Positions 24,033 through 37,049 of a stretch of 64,000 nucleotides of DNA are shown one piece after another; the stretch's first letter is position 1, and each line of letters opens with the position of its first letter. The position numbers and the translations under genes were made by a program. The stretch comes from Guillardia theta CCMP2712 (taxonomy: Eukaryota; Protista; Cryptophyta). Under the pieces are notes generated by a model. The model was given only the letters and a program-made list of their open reading frames with translations, did not search any database and was not told where the DNA came from. The stretch is from NCBI RefSeq assembly GCF_000315625.1, contig NW_005434632.1:95901-159900 (forward strand), in the 5' to 3' direction.

Positions 24033-24545
24033 ATGCTCGCAACCATGCAACGTGTACCTTCGGCGCCCTCCTCCTCCTCCTCCTCCTCCTCCTCCCCCTT
24101 CCTCCTTTCGTCGTCTTCCTGCATTCCGCCTCTCCGTGTGCGCTCCAGCGGTGGTTCCTCGGTTTCTTATCATGTCGAGCAATCTGTCTCACTGCTGGTG
24201 AAAAGTATGAGGCTAGACGCTGGAGACGACAACAAGGGTTGCTCGAGGAAGAGGTGTAACAAGGGGCATGAGTCGTCCTCATATCCGTTTATGTCATGTG
24301 GGCTGGATTCTTTTGCGGACTCTGAAATCATCAGCGGTGGTCTTAAAGAATGCATGAACGAGAAGCGATCGAGGGAAATCTGCGACTTTCCCCGTATCTC
24401 TTTGACTTCCAAGGAAAGCACCAATCGAAGAATTCAATCTTCCTTGGGATCTGATGGAGAATGGGAATATGTGGAGACTACTCCACCGAAAAGATATCGT
24501 AGGTCGGATTACAACCGCGCACTTTCTATGGACATTTTTTCATGA
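24033..24545 (+). CDS. Intronless small protein, 'YNRA' family member 2 (start may be ATG 24207)
   Basis: C-terminus DFP...IQSSLGSDGEWEYVETTPPKRYRRSDYNRALS. Confidence 0.7.
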   Translation: MLATMQRVPSAPSSSSSSSSSPFLLSSSSCIPPLRVRSSGGSSVSYHVEQSVSLLVKSMRLDAGDDNKGCSRKRCNKGHESSSYPFMSCGLDSFADSEIISGGLKECMNEKRSREICDFPRISLTSKESTNRRIQSSLGSDGEWEYVETTPPKRYRRSDYNRALSMDIFS

Positions 24546-24675
24546 GCGGTAGTTCCAAAATCTCCTCATTGAATGTAGTATAGAATAGATAACTGTCGAC
24601 AAGACAGAAGCATGCTTTCGAACAGTCTTATTTTTTTCTTGTGAATAAATTCATAACTTTGAAGTAACTTTGATT

Positions 24676-26026
24676 TCAACTTTCGCTCCCTTCTCCCGAT
24701 GGTTCGCAAGCTTTCGACAAGGACTCCAACGACATGGCGCTACGTCTGAAAGGAATAATGGTTTGATGATGTTTCTCCTGTTTGCTGAGTACATTGACAG
24801 CCTCTCCAACAACGATAACTGCAATCAGGTTATGTCGATGCCACGACTCTTTCTTTTGTACCAGAAGGTGGCCTGATCTTCTCTTCTGATGCTAAGATGA
24901 CAATGTCTGAATCAGTACAATCAGTGAGGCCGTCCAACCAGAGGACAACTATGAATCAGGAGCGATTGATACCTTCGATAGTCCCTCGGATGGTGCGCTC
25001 ATGCGGAGTTGTCGCCCTTTCGATGATTCCAACGGGCTGCTGGCAATCAGCGCAAGAATTTGTTCGCATCATTTCAATCACCGTTGTCGAAGGATATCCT
25101 CCTTTTGTCAAGTCATCAGTGAGAGCTTTCAGTCTACCGACAGCCATCAAGAAAACGCACGTCTGGCCATCACGTCAGATACAATCCTTTGTATATCCTG
25201 CCCATATTCTTACTTGTTCAGGATGGTATGCTGGTATATCTGGAATGCTCTCTTCCTTTCCCATACCAGTGCAAAATACGACACGGTTAGCAACACCTCT
25301 GTGAGTGACTGGTATTCCAGCTGCGAGAGGTCCTGCAAGAGCCGAGGAAATTCCTGGGATAACTTTGGCTTCAACACCAAACTTCCTGAGCTCCAAAACT
25401 TCTTCACCTCCTGGATTGAAGTCAGTAAAATCAAAAGCAGTAAAGAATTTTGGCTTACCACGTCCAAATACAAAAGGATCACCTATCTTTAATCTAACAA
25501 TCTTCTTGCCCTCTACCAAACCCTCTGCACACCAGCGATAAATCTCATTCTGTGCGTCATGTGCACATCCTGGATACTTCTGGGCAATCTTCAACTCAGA
25601 CTTGATCAGCGCTAGAATTTCTTTTGAGACAAGTCTATCTGCAATCACAAGGTCTGCCGCGTGTATCGCTTTCAACGCTCCAAGAGTAAGCAAGTCAGGA
25701 TCACCCGGTCCTGCGCCCACAAGCGTGATTGATCCAAGTTTGCCGGAGCTCGCTGCATGGTTGGAGATGACTCCAAGCATATGTTCATAAACAAGAAAAT
25801 CCTTCTTAGCATTGTCGCACCCCACTTCTACCAACGAGTTGTTCAGTGAAGGCACTAAACGAGTCCCGTCCGACATTCCTATCCGCGGTCTGGTACGGCG
25901 GTAACAGAGAGGTGTTGAAGGTGTGCCTAGTTTAAGTCGCTGAATATTTGAGCCCATCACATTTGGAGGGCAAAATGCATACGCAGAACGGTACAGTGAT
26001 AAAACGAAGATCACTTTAGGAATCAT
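24676..26026 (-). CDS. UPM1: Uroporphyrinogen-III C-methyltransferase (SUMT; CobA/UPM1 family), plastid-targeted
   Basis: ITLVGAGPGDPDLLT, VIADRLVS, IVRLKIGDPFVFGRG, VIPGISSA, GIPVTHRGVA, IIERATTPHER, VIVVGEAV. Presequence MIPKVIFVLSLYRSAYA-F plus a transit-peptide-like stretch. Confidence 0.93.
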
Positions 26027-27114
26027 CTGTACAATGTTCTTGCAACGTCGACAGAGTTGTATTTGAATAAAACAATCAGTTCCCCATTACCCCTGAAAAC
26101 AAATAGATCATTTAAATCAAAAGATAAAACAGAGAAACTAGATGTGGACGAAGTCAAGCTCCATGTAAATCATTTTTAGCCCTGGGCACAAAACAGCAAG
26201 CAGGGAATCCTTAAGTCCATGATGCTCAAATATGTTTAGAGCCCTGATTGTACACCGCTTTCTCATGTAGAAAACCACTGAATATCTATATTTGCTCAAA
26301 AACTTAATTTTGCTCACAAGATTCAAATCAATCAATATCCACGAACACATCTCAAGGTATCTTGAGTATCATACACCCATACTTCAACATCAGGGGTGAT
26401 GAAACAAGAAGAGTTTGGAAATGAAATCGATGATATGGGGAGGAAACAGAACATGCGGCTGATCAATTCCAGACTGAAGGGACTCTGTGTGCAGGGAGCG
26501 GAATGAGAGCGAGCGGAATGAGGAGAGAGCCTCAAGTGCGAAACGCCTGATGCTGCATTGGGGGGGGGGACGCAAGGATCTGAGGGAGGGTAGGGGGTGC
26601 GGGCCACTGCAGGATGTAGAATGATCAAGTGGTTGTGGGTGGGTACTTGTTTGTGGGTGGAGCCTATGTGGGGTGGGTTGTCAGTGCACCCCTTACTTTA
26701 TCTCTGTTCGTCAATGGTTTTAGGTGGGGGAGTACAATCAAACTGAGCGAGTAGGTGGGGTGGATATTTTACCTGGGTACTGTTGATTTCATGGGGGTTG
26801 GGGTTGCCCCTGTGCCCTCGTGTGGTACCAGCCGATCCATTCCTTTTAAAATATATGTAAAATCATACAATTAATTTAACTTCATGAATTTAGTATCTTT
26901 TTGAAGAATTCAACTACAAATATTCATCTATAAGTCGTTATAAGATAGATTGCCTGGTACAAACATTGTTGGACAGTACTATAGTTTCATGCGGTTCCAT
27001 GATACCAACTGACTCGGCGGGCCCAAGGTAACTGGCCGGTGAACTGCAGCAGCTGGGTGAACTGACCGGGTATGGTGTGCGGTATGAGGGGTTGTGTCGG
27101 GCAAATCCCCCAAG

Positions 27115-28734
27115 ATGCAGGCGAGTAAGGTGGTGTGGTTGCTTGCCGCGCTTGCCGCGGGAGGAGCAGGAGGAGCAGAAAAAGCAGGAGAAGCAGGGCA
27201 AGTATCAGAGGGGACAGGAAGATTTATTGCGGTCGATGGCGGTGGAGAACAGATATGGGAAATTAACCAGCAGCGATGGAATCAATGGTTCTGGGCAGGA
27301 CTGGCAGCATCCGTGCGGGAAAGTTGCAGGTTGAACCACCTCGATGGAGGAAGATTCGACGTATGTTTGAACGAGTTCAGGAGGGACAACATCACCTATG
27401 CTCTGCCCGAGTTTCGATTCCCTGTGTTTGTGATCAACATACCAGCGAGACAAGACAGAAGGATGCACACAGAAGCTCTCCTGTCCTCCTTGGGATTCGA
27501 GAGGGTGGAATTTTTCAATTTGACACTAGCAGAGGACATTTCTTTGAGCGATGAGGTTGCGAACGGGCGTCTGAGTGGAGAACTGTTGAAGGTTGCGATG
27601 AGTGGGGAGGAGGTAGCCAGGTATAGAATAGCGGGAGTTCGAGATCACTGTAGAATCTTACAGAGGATGCGAGGAAAAGGTACCATGATTGGGATTTTTG
27701 AAGACGATTTGATACTTCCAGGATCTATAGAACATGCTTCATCTCGAATCAAAGAAGCTCTGCTTGCATTGCCCGAAGATGCTGATCTTTTGTACCTTGA
27801 GTTCTGCGGAGAGACTTGTTCGCTGCTGCGATACTGGACCGAGAGGCAGAGGCTGGCTCGCGGATTCAGTCCCAAATGTTCGGGATCAATCATCTTCACT
27901 GAGACTGGGATCGTCCGAGCAGAGCGTCTTATCTGCTCCTCAGCTTCTGACGCGATAGACATCATGTACGGGGTGAGAGTCTGCTGCATTGCTGTGAGCA
28001 TGCTAAAGTGACGCTCTCGTCGCGATTCAGGATCTGATCTTGCGATCTGAACTGCGGGCATACCTTACCATTCCCCCCGTGTTCTACCAAGATCAGCATT
28101 GGGGCTCAAATTCCTGGACAAGACCGCGCGAAGTTCATCGTTCAGCATGCTCTGCTGTAGAGGATCATGTTGACCCTGACGCACACAGACGGAAGACTGT
28201 CACGCGACCTCACAATGCTAACTTGATCGCCTGCGACCTCTCAGTCGAAGATTTGCGCGGTTTGGAAATCGCATGGACAGCAAGGATAGAAGCATCTAAA
28301 GTTCATTCTTACATGGCCTGGGAGGCTATCTTGCCGCTGGCGGTGATACAACGGTGGACTGACATAAAAGGAGCCAGTGAGGTGCTGCTGAATACAAGAT
28401 CTTCTCCTGACTTCTTTCCGGATTCCAATTTTGCTCTCTCGTACATGATCGAGATTGGAAGGTAAGAGCGGGATGTAACAGAAAATATTCTGACCTTTGG
28501 CCGGAGAGCAGATGGCAGCCCGATCAGGGAGAGGTGAAATTGCAGATAAGCCAAGCTAGCGAATGTCATCTAATGCGAAACTTTGTTATCGACATTCTGC
28601 CGTCCGATCAGCAGAAACTTTGGAGCCTTGGGAGCAAGCGCGATCATTTCTGCCAGGTAGAAGTCACCACAATTTCCGAGCTTGGAGACGAGCTAGACAG
28701 AGTAGTCAAGCTCCTTTCTTTCTCTTACTTGTAG
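27115..28734 (+). CDS. Glycosyltransferase family 25-like protein (spliced)
   Basis: Signal peptide MQASKVVWLLAALAA; VFVINIPARQDRR, IGIFEDD, DLLYLEFC, AIDIMY, PPVFYQ. Confidence 0.75.
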
Positions 28735-29021
28735 ACCCCCTTACTTGCATCCTGTGCCCTAAAACTACAATGAATATCCTCAGTCTATATTCAACGAATA
28801 TATCTTGTCCTGTCGATATTGGCACGCTAACGGTTCACGCGGAAGCCGCTAAGAGTATGATGCAGTTGGCTGAACATAAGGTGACACCGTAACAGTGGCC
28901 CTGTACGCGCGGCTGCTCAGCGTGAGCGCTCTCGGGTCAAGTTGAAGCCTCAGCGACCTTGTGCAGGACCAGCACGCGCAGCTCAACCATAAGATCTTGA
29001 GAGCTGAGTCGCAGGGCCTGG

Positions 29022-29773
29022 CAGTGCAGATCATCATCGTATGGGCTGCCTGAGAAGTCGCCAGCCACTCGAAGCGTCGCCTTGGGAACGATTTTCAAGT
29101 TTGAGGCCATCCAGGCAGGACTCTGGAGCAGTACGAGCATCATGCAAGGGGCGGTTGCTTGTTTTAGGTTCAACAGAAGCTTCACTACAAACTCGACTTG
29201 GAGATTGATCAGAGGAACCCTGAGGCCTCGCTTTTACTGCTTCACCTCCCAGATGGAGCTGGTCATCGATGTGCTGGAGAGCATTCATGCAACATGGTCA
29301 AAGGAGTTTCCCACCATCTTGATGCGATTTGGGCTTCCATGTCAGAGGTGTCGTCAGTCACGCCAAAGTAGCCAAAGATGTTATGGTCGGCCCCGTATCT
29401 GCTGCCGCCTCCTCTGAACTCCCTTTCTAAGTACTTCGAAGAGCCGTAGTTCCCAAAAGAGCCTTGCCTTCTGCTGAGCCAGCGTCCATGATGGTGGTCG
29501 CTGGCCACTCGGAGCTGAAAAGATTTTGAAGGTGGAGGATATCCGAGGAGCAAGGCATATTCAACACACACACCCGGAAGGAAGGAGAAGGAATCAGCAT
29601 CTCTGAGGTCAGTTGGTACTGCCAGTGAGTACAAATCATCGAATCTACCTCACAACACATCGCAGGGTGGGGTCGTGTCAATGCCCGAGAAGCAACGGGG
29701 CCATGACTACAGTGACAGTCACTCGCTCCCAAGGCGACTTCTCAGGCAGCCCATACGATGATGGTCTGCACTG
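29022..29773. repeat. 41-bp inverted repeat pair (29022-29062 / 29733-29773, 1 mismatch) enclosing ~670 bp
   Basis: CAGTGCAGA[T/C]CATCATCGTATGGGCTGCCTGAGAAGTCGCC is present on opposite strands. Confidence 0.9.
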
Positions 29774-29850
29774 TCATCCTTGAGCCTGACTCCGAAACTG
29801 AGTTGAACCCCGTCACCCATATTATCATTCTTTTATTCGCTGGCAAAACT

Positions 29851-32800
29851 CTAGCGACGGTCTGCCGCCACAGCATCTCCCATGGTATGGTCGAAGATCT
29901 TTGACCGCAGGTACTCCAGCTGCTCGCGTGTGAAGCCTCCACCCCCTGCTCCTCCTCCTCGCTCGTCCCACTCCCTGCAGTCTCCTTCTCAGCTCCCACT
30001 GGTCACGCTGCCCCCAGGAGCTCCCTACTCACCAGTAAGGAATTGTAACTGGCTTGTATCTGAGCAGCTCCAGGATCCTCCGCTTTAGCACTGTGGGACC
30101 TGAAAGTGTATCTTAACAGAAGGGGAGGAGAAAATTTCCTCGTACTCACCCAACGGCCTTCTGGTCTCGAAAGCAAAATGGCGAGGGCCATCGACCTCAA
30201 CGACCTGCTTAACGTAATGGGTGGGAGGAGGATCGGCGGGAAGGGCAAGTAGGCTCAGACAGGGCAGAGGATACAGAACAAGCAGGGAATGAAGGAGAGG
30301 AAAGAATGAGAGGTAAGAGTGTGAGAATGAAACCTTTTGTTGTGCGGGAAGGAAGATGTCCAGTCTGTATCCTGCAACAGAGAGTCTGAGAGGTGTATAG
30401 GATGAACGGAGTTTACGAGAGAGAGGAGAGGGGAAGAGGAAGAAGAGTTGAGCAGGAGATAAGCGAGAGCAAGGACGAGAGAAAACGAGACGTGCAGATG
30501 AAACTGAGGTTGAGGAGGCAGCCAGGCAACGACAAGGGCAGTGAGGTTGAGAGAAGTAAAGTTGTTCCTTGTTGCACCTGAGACGGTGTCTTTCATTTCT
30601 TCGATCATCTCCAGATCAAGTGCAGCGATAGCGAGCGCAACAGAATTCTACGGAAGTTGTTAATGTTGTGAATGAGAGAGAAAGCAAGCGAGGACTGAGA
30701 AAAGACACAGAGGGGACCAGGGGGGACACAGAGAAGGCAGACGAGCGAGAAGGGAAGGAAATCAGGGAGAAAGACGGCTAGGATACCTGAAGGTTCGAGC
30801 TAGAAGTGGATGGGTTGTCTCTTAACACTCGTCTCTTCACAAACTGCTTCCAATCACTGTCCTCACTTCCGTCCCACCGAACGGCCGCCGATCGTTCACT
30901 CGTCAAAGCTCGCGCCTCATCACTCGCCCATCTGGGAAGCTGCAGAGCCTTCCAAGTGATGAATTGATGAACCTGCTGGAGCAGTCAGACTACAGCTCCT
31001 CCCTCCTCGATCTTCCTGTCGCAGGTGCAAGAGCTCCATGTCATTCACGGTGTTCGCCAGGGCTGCGAGGAGAATTCAGGAGGGTGAAGCCACTCCTGCG
31101 GTATGAGCGCTACCTTCCTCTACCCAAAGCAAGAGAGCCTCGTCAGTGCAGTTCAAGATCGCCATGCTCCACGCGATGTTCGCTAGAGCCTGAGGAGAAG
31201 GTGAGGAGCAACCCAAGGACGGGGCTGAGCGAGACCTGGGGAGCAAATCTTCTCGGCGGCTGTTGAGAAATCCAGGAGAACAAGACATCTTGCACCAGCT
31301 GCATCTGAGACATGAAAGCGCTTAGAAGACAAGAAGATTGAAAGCGCTTAGAAGCCAAGAAGATTGAAAGCGCTTAGAAGCCAAGACGATTGAGGAACAG
31401 GGAAGAGGCAGACGTGTCGTACAAGTGCTAGAAGCAGCAACATACCATGATGATGATGATGATGATGATGATGATGGTGGTAGTGGTGGTGGTGATGATG
31501 ATGATCATGGTGATGATGGAGATAAAAGTAATGATGGAGACGATGATGGATGAGAAGGAGGATGAGGAGAAGCCTATGATGATGGTGATGGCGATCATGA
31601 AAGAAGACCTTGATGTCCAAAGTGGCAAGGGAGTGGATAAAGTTGGAGACGGCTTGCTCGTCGGCATCGTCGATGTTGATGATCATCGCATGCGCCATAT
31701 GCCGGATCTGCACGATCGTTAGAGGAAGTTTGAGAGAAGAAAGAAATCAACCAGGGCAAAGTCCAAGAGAGCAAAGTTTGCGTTAGCATTTACAATGATC
31801 CCCACGTTCTGTCTCTTGTTGTCAGAAACACATCAAGAAAAACTGGAAGACATCTGATATGGAGACGAGCAAGATGTTTGAGATACAATCAGTGGACGAG
31901 CTCGGAAGATAACAAGGGGAAAAGCAGGAAAGAGGAGGAAAAGTCGGAGGAGATCGAGAAGAAAGGGAAGTGTCAGAGAGGAAGGTTGACTTGTAGGGAG
32001 AACTCAGCGCAAGAAGATCACCTGAGGGGCGAAAGATGAGGGATGGATGAGCAGGGCGGCTAGAGAGAGATGGGAGCAGAGCTTTTGATTGAACACGTTT
32101 AGTCGAGCAAATGCGTTGTAGATGTTCGAGATGGCCTGCGATAAACGTCGTAAGCCTAGTGAGCCCACCAGGTCGACTACTCCACAACACGCAATTGATT
32201 TGCAAGGGAAAGCAGTTTAAGGCTGATTGAAGAATGAACATGATTCTCATCTGGTTTGCTGATCGAAATGGCTGTGACACCGCACCTGAGTTGAGAAGAC
32301 GGAAGGATCTTTTATAACAGCAGCTTGAGCCAGGAAGCTCATTAATTTCACATCTCTCATCCTGTGATCAGCAACAGCAATCCCATGAAGACGATGTCAA
32401 CATACAGGCAAACACAATCAATTCAGACCTCAACTTAGCCATCGCATTGGCAATGTTGGAGATGCTGATCATATCAAGCTGATCTGCGCATCCCACCTTC
32501 AGCTAAGGTTGCCGCAAAAGTGAGACAGGAGACCTGGTGAGTGAAGTAGGCAGACATCTTTCATGTAAGCTGCTGCTCTTGACACCTGTCAAACCATCAG
32601 GGCCTCGCATCCCGACCCATCGTGTCTCTCACATCCCCTACTGTGCTCTCACACCGTGCCAGCCCGTTTAGCACCATTGCCGTCTCCTTCGCCATCCGTC
32701 AGCTCCTCTGCTTCTCTCCCTCTCGTGGACTACCTGCGGCTCCCACATGTTCTTTTCCTTGCTAGGAGCCATGGTGATGAGAAAGCGGAGGAGATCGGCG

Positions 32801-35800
32801 GCACTCGCCCCCCTCCTCTCATGCATTTCCCTGCTCACCATCCCCTCGTAGCTGAAGGCGTTGAGCACAAGAGCGAGGGACTGAGTCGACCACTCTTGTG
32901 TTGACGTGAGAGACAAGGCAGTGAAGGAGAGGTGCTCCCACACACTCCTGGGTATCCTGATGCTCCCTGCTGACGCCTCTCCTCCTCCCTCCCACTTGGA
33001 CAGCGCGTTAGTGACCATGGCGATGCCTTGTGGCTTGAAGGAGCTGCCTTCTAGGCTGCAGACGACGCGGCCGATCTGTTCGATGACAGTCTCGTTGTAG
33101 TACCCGCAGCGAACCATGGCGTTGGCAAGCATCGAGATCTCCTGCAAGGTCGTCAGTCAATCAGTCCGAGGGAAGAGGGATGAAGAACGAGAGGCAGGAG
33201 GCAGGAGAGCAGATGAGGAGTGGGAGGTAACATGGGCTGTCAGGAAGGGGAGGAGAAAGACCTGAGAGTTCCACATGCTAGTCGGAAGCATCTCAACGGC
33301 AGCAGCTAGTGTCTCGAAGACTCTGAGTGACATCCTCGTCAGCGATGTCCAAACACATCCTCACATCTTCTAACACATCCTCACATCTTCTCCTCTAACT
33401 ATCTTCCTAGCTTGGTCTGTCCTACTCTTTCTCTGTGTTTGTCTTACCTTGGGTATTGCAGCCTCCCCCGGGCACAGGCGTTGGAGATGCTTGCAATCGC
33501 CTGCCATGATACAAAGGGAGAGAAGAAAGTTGAAAGGTGTTGATAATGGAACAGAGGAGAGGGGAGTGCGAGGGAGGAGGAGGGAGAGAGACACGAAAGG
33601 AGGAAAGGAGAGGCAGGGAGGTTGGAGGGAGAAGAGAGGGGTATCAGAAATAAGGGGGAAGATCAACTCAAAGGTCCGTTGGCCTACCTTGGAGTTGAAG
33701 GTAGAAGGCGGAAGGTACGCTGCTTTCCTCGCTAAGAAGAGAAGAATATCGGATAAAGTGAATCCAATAACTTCAACTGCCCCATCATCCTCCACTTCAT
33801 CGTCATCCTTTTTCCTCCCTGTACCCTCGCCTTCCTCTCCCTCATTATCCCCTGCTTCAACCCTCGCTGTCGTGATGGTGTGGTAGAGCTTCGAGATCGC
33901 GTTCATCGCTATCCCGAGGTTCTGCGCTGACCATCCATGCCCGTTGGCGCTCTGGGTCCTGGCAGGGGTCTGGAGGGGAGTGAAGACCTCGAACGAGCTC
34001 CTCTGCCCCATGCTTCCGATGCGACCGCCGCCGGAGGAGCGAGGCGACCCTGACGAACCTAGTCTGCGGGGCCTTGAGGAGGAGGAAGAGGAGGAAGAGG
34101 AGGCAGAGTTTTGCTTCCACTTGTCGTTCCTCTTGCGGCCATTCATGATGACGGTGATAAGGCATTGGATGGCTCGTCTGTGGAGGTCAGACCGTCGAGC
34201 TCTGTCGGGGGTTGAGAGATGTGAACTAGCATCGTCAAGAACCTTGTGAATGCGTTGAGGATCATGGCGATGCTCTGCTCGGTGAAAACAAAATTTCTAT
34301 ACAAGGAAGTGAGAGGAATCGACAGAGGAGGAAGGAGAAAGAGAGAAGAAGTCGAGGGAGGAGAAGATATCAGACATGCGTAGGAGGAGAAGGGGAAGAG
34401 AGGGGAGCAGGCTTGAAGCAAAAAGGGACAAGAGAGGCACCTGACGGGATCGTCGTGCATCTTCACAACTCGACCCGAAGCCGCTCGAAACAGCTGCTTG
34501 CTCGGCTTGCATCCAATCTGAATTGATCAAACGATCACAAGCACTCCCTCCCACTCTCCCTGTCACTCGCTCTCATCACCGCAGCATTCAACACGATAGC
34601 AACTTGCTTCGGAGAGAGGTCATCAATCTTCAGCGTTACATACTGGAGGAAACGAATCAGGAGAGCGGCCGGAAGTCGAAAGTGATCTGGTTGTTGGACC
34701 TCAAACAGCAAGTCCATCATTTCCTCGTAGCGCTCCCTCACCTGCTCCACAGGGTCAGCAGTCAAGATACGAGAGGGCTCGAGCAACCGTCGTGCTCACG
34801 ATCGAGTTCTTAACCCTCTTCAACTGGTTGAGGACTGTCACTACATCTCCTGTTGCCAACTCCGCAGCAGGTCCATTTGTTTTCTTTTCTTCCGTCCTCC
34901 CTCTTTCAATGCGGACTCTACCAATGTTTTTGCTGTAGAAGCGAATTCATCCTGTATCAAATTGTCAACTATTTCCCCTTCTCATTATCCTCCTTGATCT
35001 TCTCCCCTCGACGCCTTCCCCATAATTTCTATAGTTTTAGGCAATGCTCAAAGTGTCTTACAAGGACATCTATCAGCTTCTCTGCATCGTTGTATTGCAA
35101 CAGGTTTCCTGGAATGGAGATGATTCTTGGCGTTGATTTAGAATCCTTCATGTCAGGCAATCCAAACTGTGAAAATCAATCAGATGGTTTTTGTTTGTTT
35201 GCATATATTATGATATCTCTGTGATTAACTCCATCATCATCTCTAACATCATCGTCTTCGTCACAGTCATTGTCATGGTCATCGTCACCATTATCTCCTC
35301 CTCCTCCTCCTCCTCCTCCTCCTCCTCCTCCTCCTCCTCCTCCTCCTCCTCCTCCTCCTCCTCCTATTCCAATGCAACCACAAGCTCATCATCGTGATCA
35401 TTATCTCAGTATAGTCATGAATGGTCGCGACTAGAAGAGGAATGGACATAGAGTACCGAAGGACGGAACTTCGCGAGTGTGTTGAGCAGAATCTCGCTGC
35501 CAAGGGCGCTTCCTCCTGCTTTCTTCATCATCTCCTCGTTGGACTTGAGCAGGTCGACAATGTTCAACGACTTCTGACTAGTCTTGTACCGCATCAAAGG
35601 GACCTGTTGAAGTTCGAGATGAGTTTGAGCACAACAGACTAGGGGGTTTCTTGCCGACGATGTTCTGTTCTCCGATGGATACGTCGACTCCTTCAATTCG
35701 TTCCAACTCTCGAGAAAGGCCATGGATTCAAGGTCTTGCGTTGAATCAAAATGTCACAGCCCTGATGCAAGAGACAGTCTGATTGACCTTCATCGAATGC

Positions 35801-36724
35801 GCTGGCGTCGTCGAAATTCTCCATAGCCTGAGAAACTTGTCGGTTGAAACAGCATCGCCACATCTACTTTTGCTCACCATCTCTGCATTAAGGACACCAA
35901 GGAAGTCTATCTTCTTGATCACATCACTATCAAGCTTCGGTATAATGCTTGTTTCCTGTGATTTGTTTCCGGCTGAGCGGAAAGAGCCGAGATCAGAAGG
36001 TCCATGAAAAAAACAAACGTCAACTACCCCCGGAGATATTTCCAGCCGCTTCTACAGCATCAGCGTTGATCTTCTTGAAGCTCTCAGAGAAAACACCCAG
36101 AAAGTCGATTGTTTCTGAAGGAAAACAAACATCACAGCTAAACCTTTCACTTTGATGTGAACCTATCAATCGTTCTCCTCCCATCGCTCGCCCTGGGTCT
36201 TGCGAGCCCATCAGAGTCGTTGCATCTGTCTTCAACTTCCTCACGTCCCTCTTCTGATACCAAAAGTGCCGTACATCACACATCAAAAAGTCAATCAAAC
36301 TGGTCAGAATGATATTGAAGGATGAAAGCCTTGCCTGTTTCCCAGAGCTTCCTCGCCTGTTTCTCGGGCTTTCGTCTCCCGTGGCAAAATTGGCTCTTGA
36401 GGGCTTTTCCTTTAGCAAGGGGATGTGTTGGCTGTCTTCCACGTAAGACGGAGAGCTCAGAGACGAGTTGCTCTCCTCGAGTGCACTTCTAGTTGTTCTG
36501 CATCGTATCGTCCCGTCACTGACCGTCCACGATCTGCACGGATGTCTTCCTGCCTTGACTAGTCCTGCTCTTGGATTGAAGCTGCACAAGAAAGTGTATT
36601 CATCATGAAGGTTGCCCTTCGGTAAACACTGAGGATACACGCAAATGAATCCACTATGCTCGCCGATCAATGCATGGAAGACGACATAGCTCAACACCGC
36701 TGCGCCGTTGGTAGTTCGCTTCAT
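29851..36724 (-). CDS. Large RAP-domain helical-repeat (FAST/OPR-like) organellar RNA-binding protein, many exons
   Basis: Repeats QSIAMILNAF, QEISMLANAM, PQGIAMVTNALSK, TQSLALVLNAF, QAVSNFIHSLATL. RAP domain VVEVDGPRHF...PYWEW...QLEYLRSKI. Signal-like N-terminus. Could be more than one gene. Confidence 0.78.
31313..31393 (+). repeat. 26-bp minisatellite x3 (TGAAAGCGCTTAGAAG[A/C]CAAGAAGAT), intronic
   Basis: Seen directly. Confidence 0.9.
31447..31600 (+). repeat. (GAT/GGT)n degenerate trinucleotide repeat, intronic
   Basis: Seen directly. Confidence 0.85.
35295..35366 (+). repeat. (TCC)n microsatellite, intronic
   Basis: Seen directly. Confidence 0.9.
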
Positions 36725-37049
36725 TTGTACGCCACAGCTGCTAAAGATTGAGAATCAGGTTCGTCTTGTCACGAAATGGCTCTGATATGCAATTCCTCTC
36801 GTCCCGTTGTCGCAGCTATTGCTCCTGGCGCAAGTTTCTTCCATACCTACAATGGCAGGACATGTAGCAGACGCTTCCATGCTGCGAGCAGGATCTGGAA
36901 GATCACTGAGAACAGGGACAAGTCAAAGGCATCGATGGGGAGGGACAGGAGCCCGCTATCTGCATGCTTTTGCGCTACAAGGAGACGCCACCTGCATCGG
37001 CCAGACGCAACGTCCAGTCGTGTATTACATCCAGAGGCGGGCCTGTCAT

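Noticed and set aside
31313-31393. 26-bp repeats as a CRISPR array
   Set aside because: Head-to-tail with no spacers, in a eukaryotic intron.
31348-31722. Poly-His / poly-Met ORFs
   Set aside because: Translation of an intronic (GAT/GGT)n repeat; only the IDDADEQAVSNFIHSLATLD part looks like a real exon.
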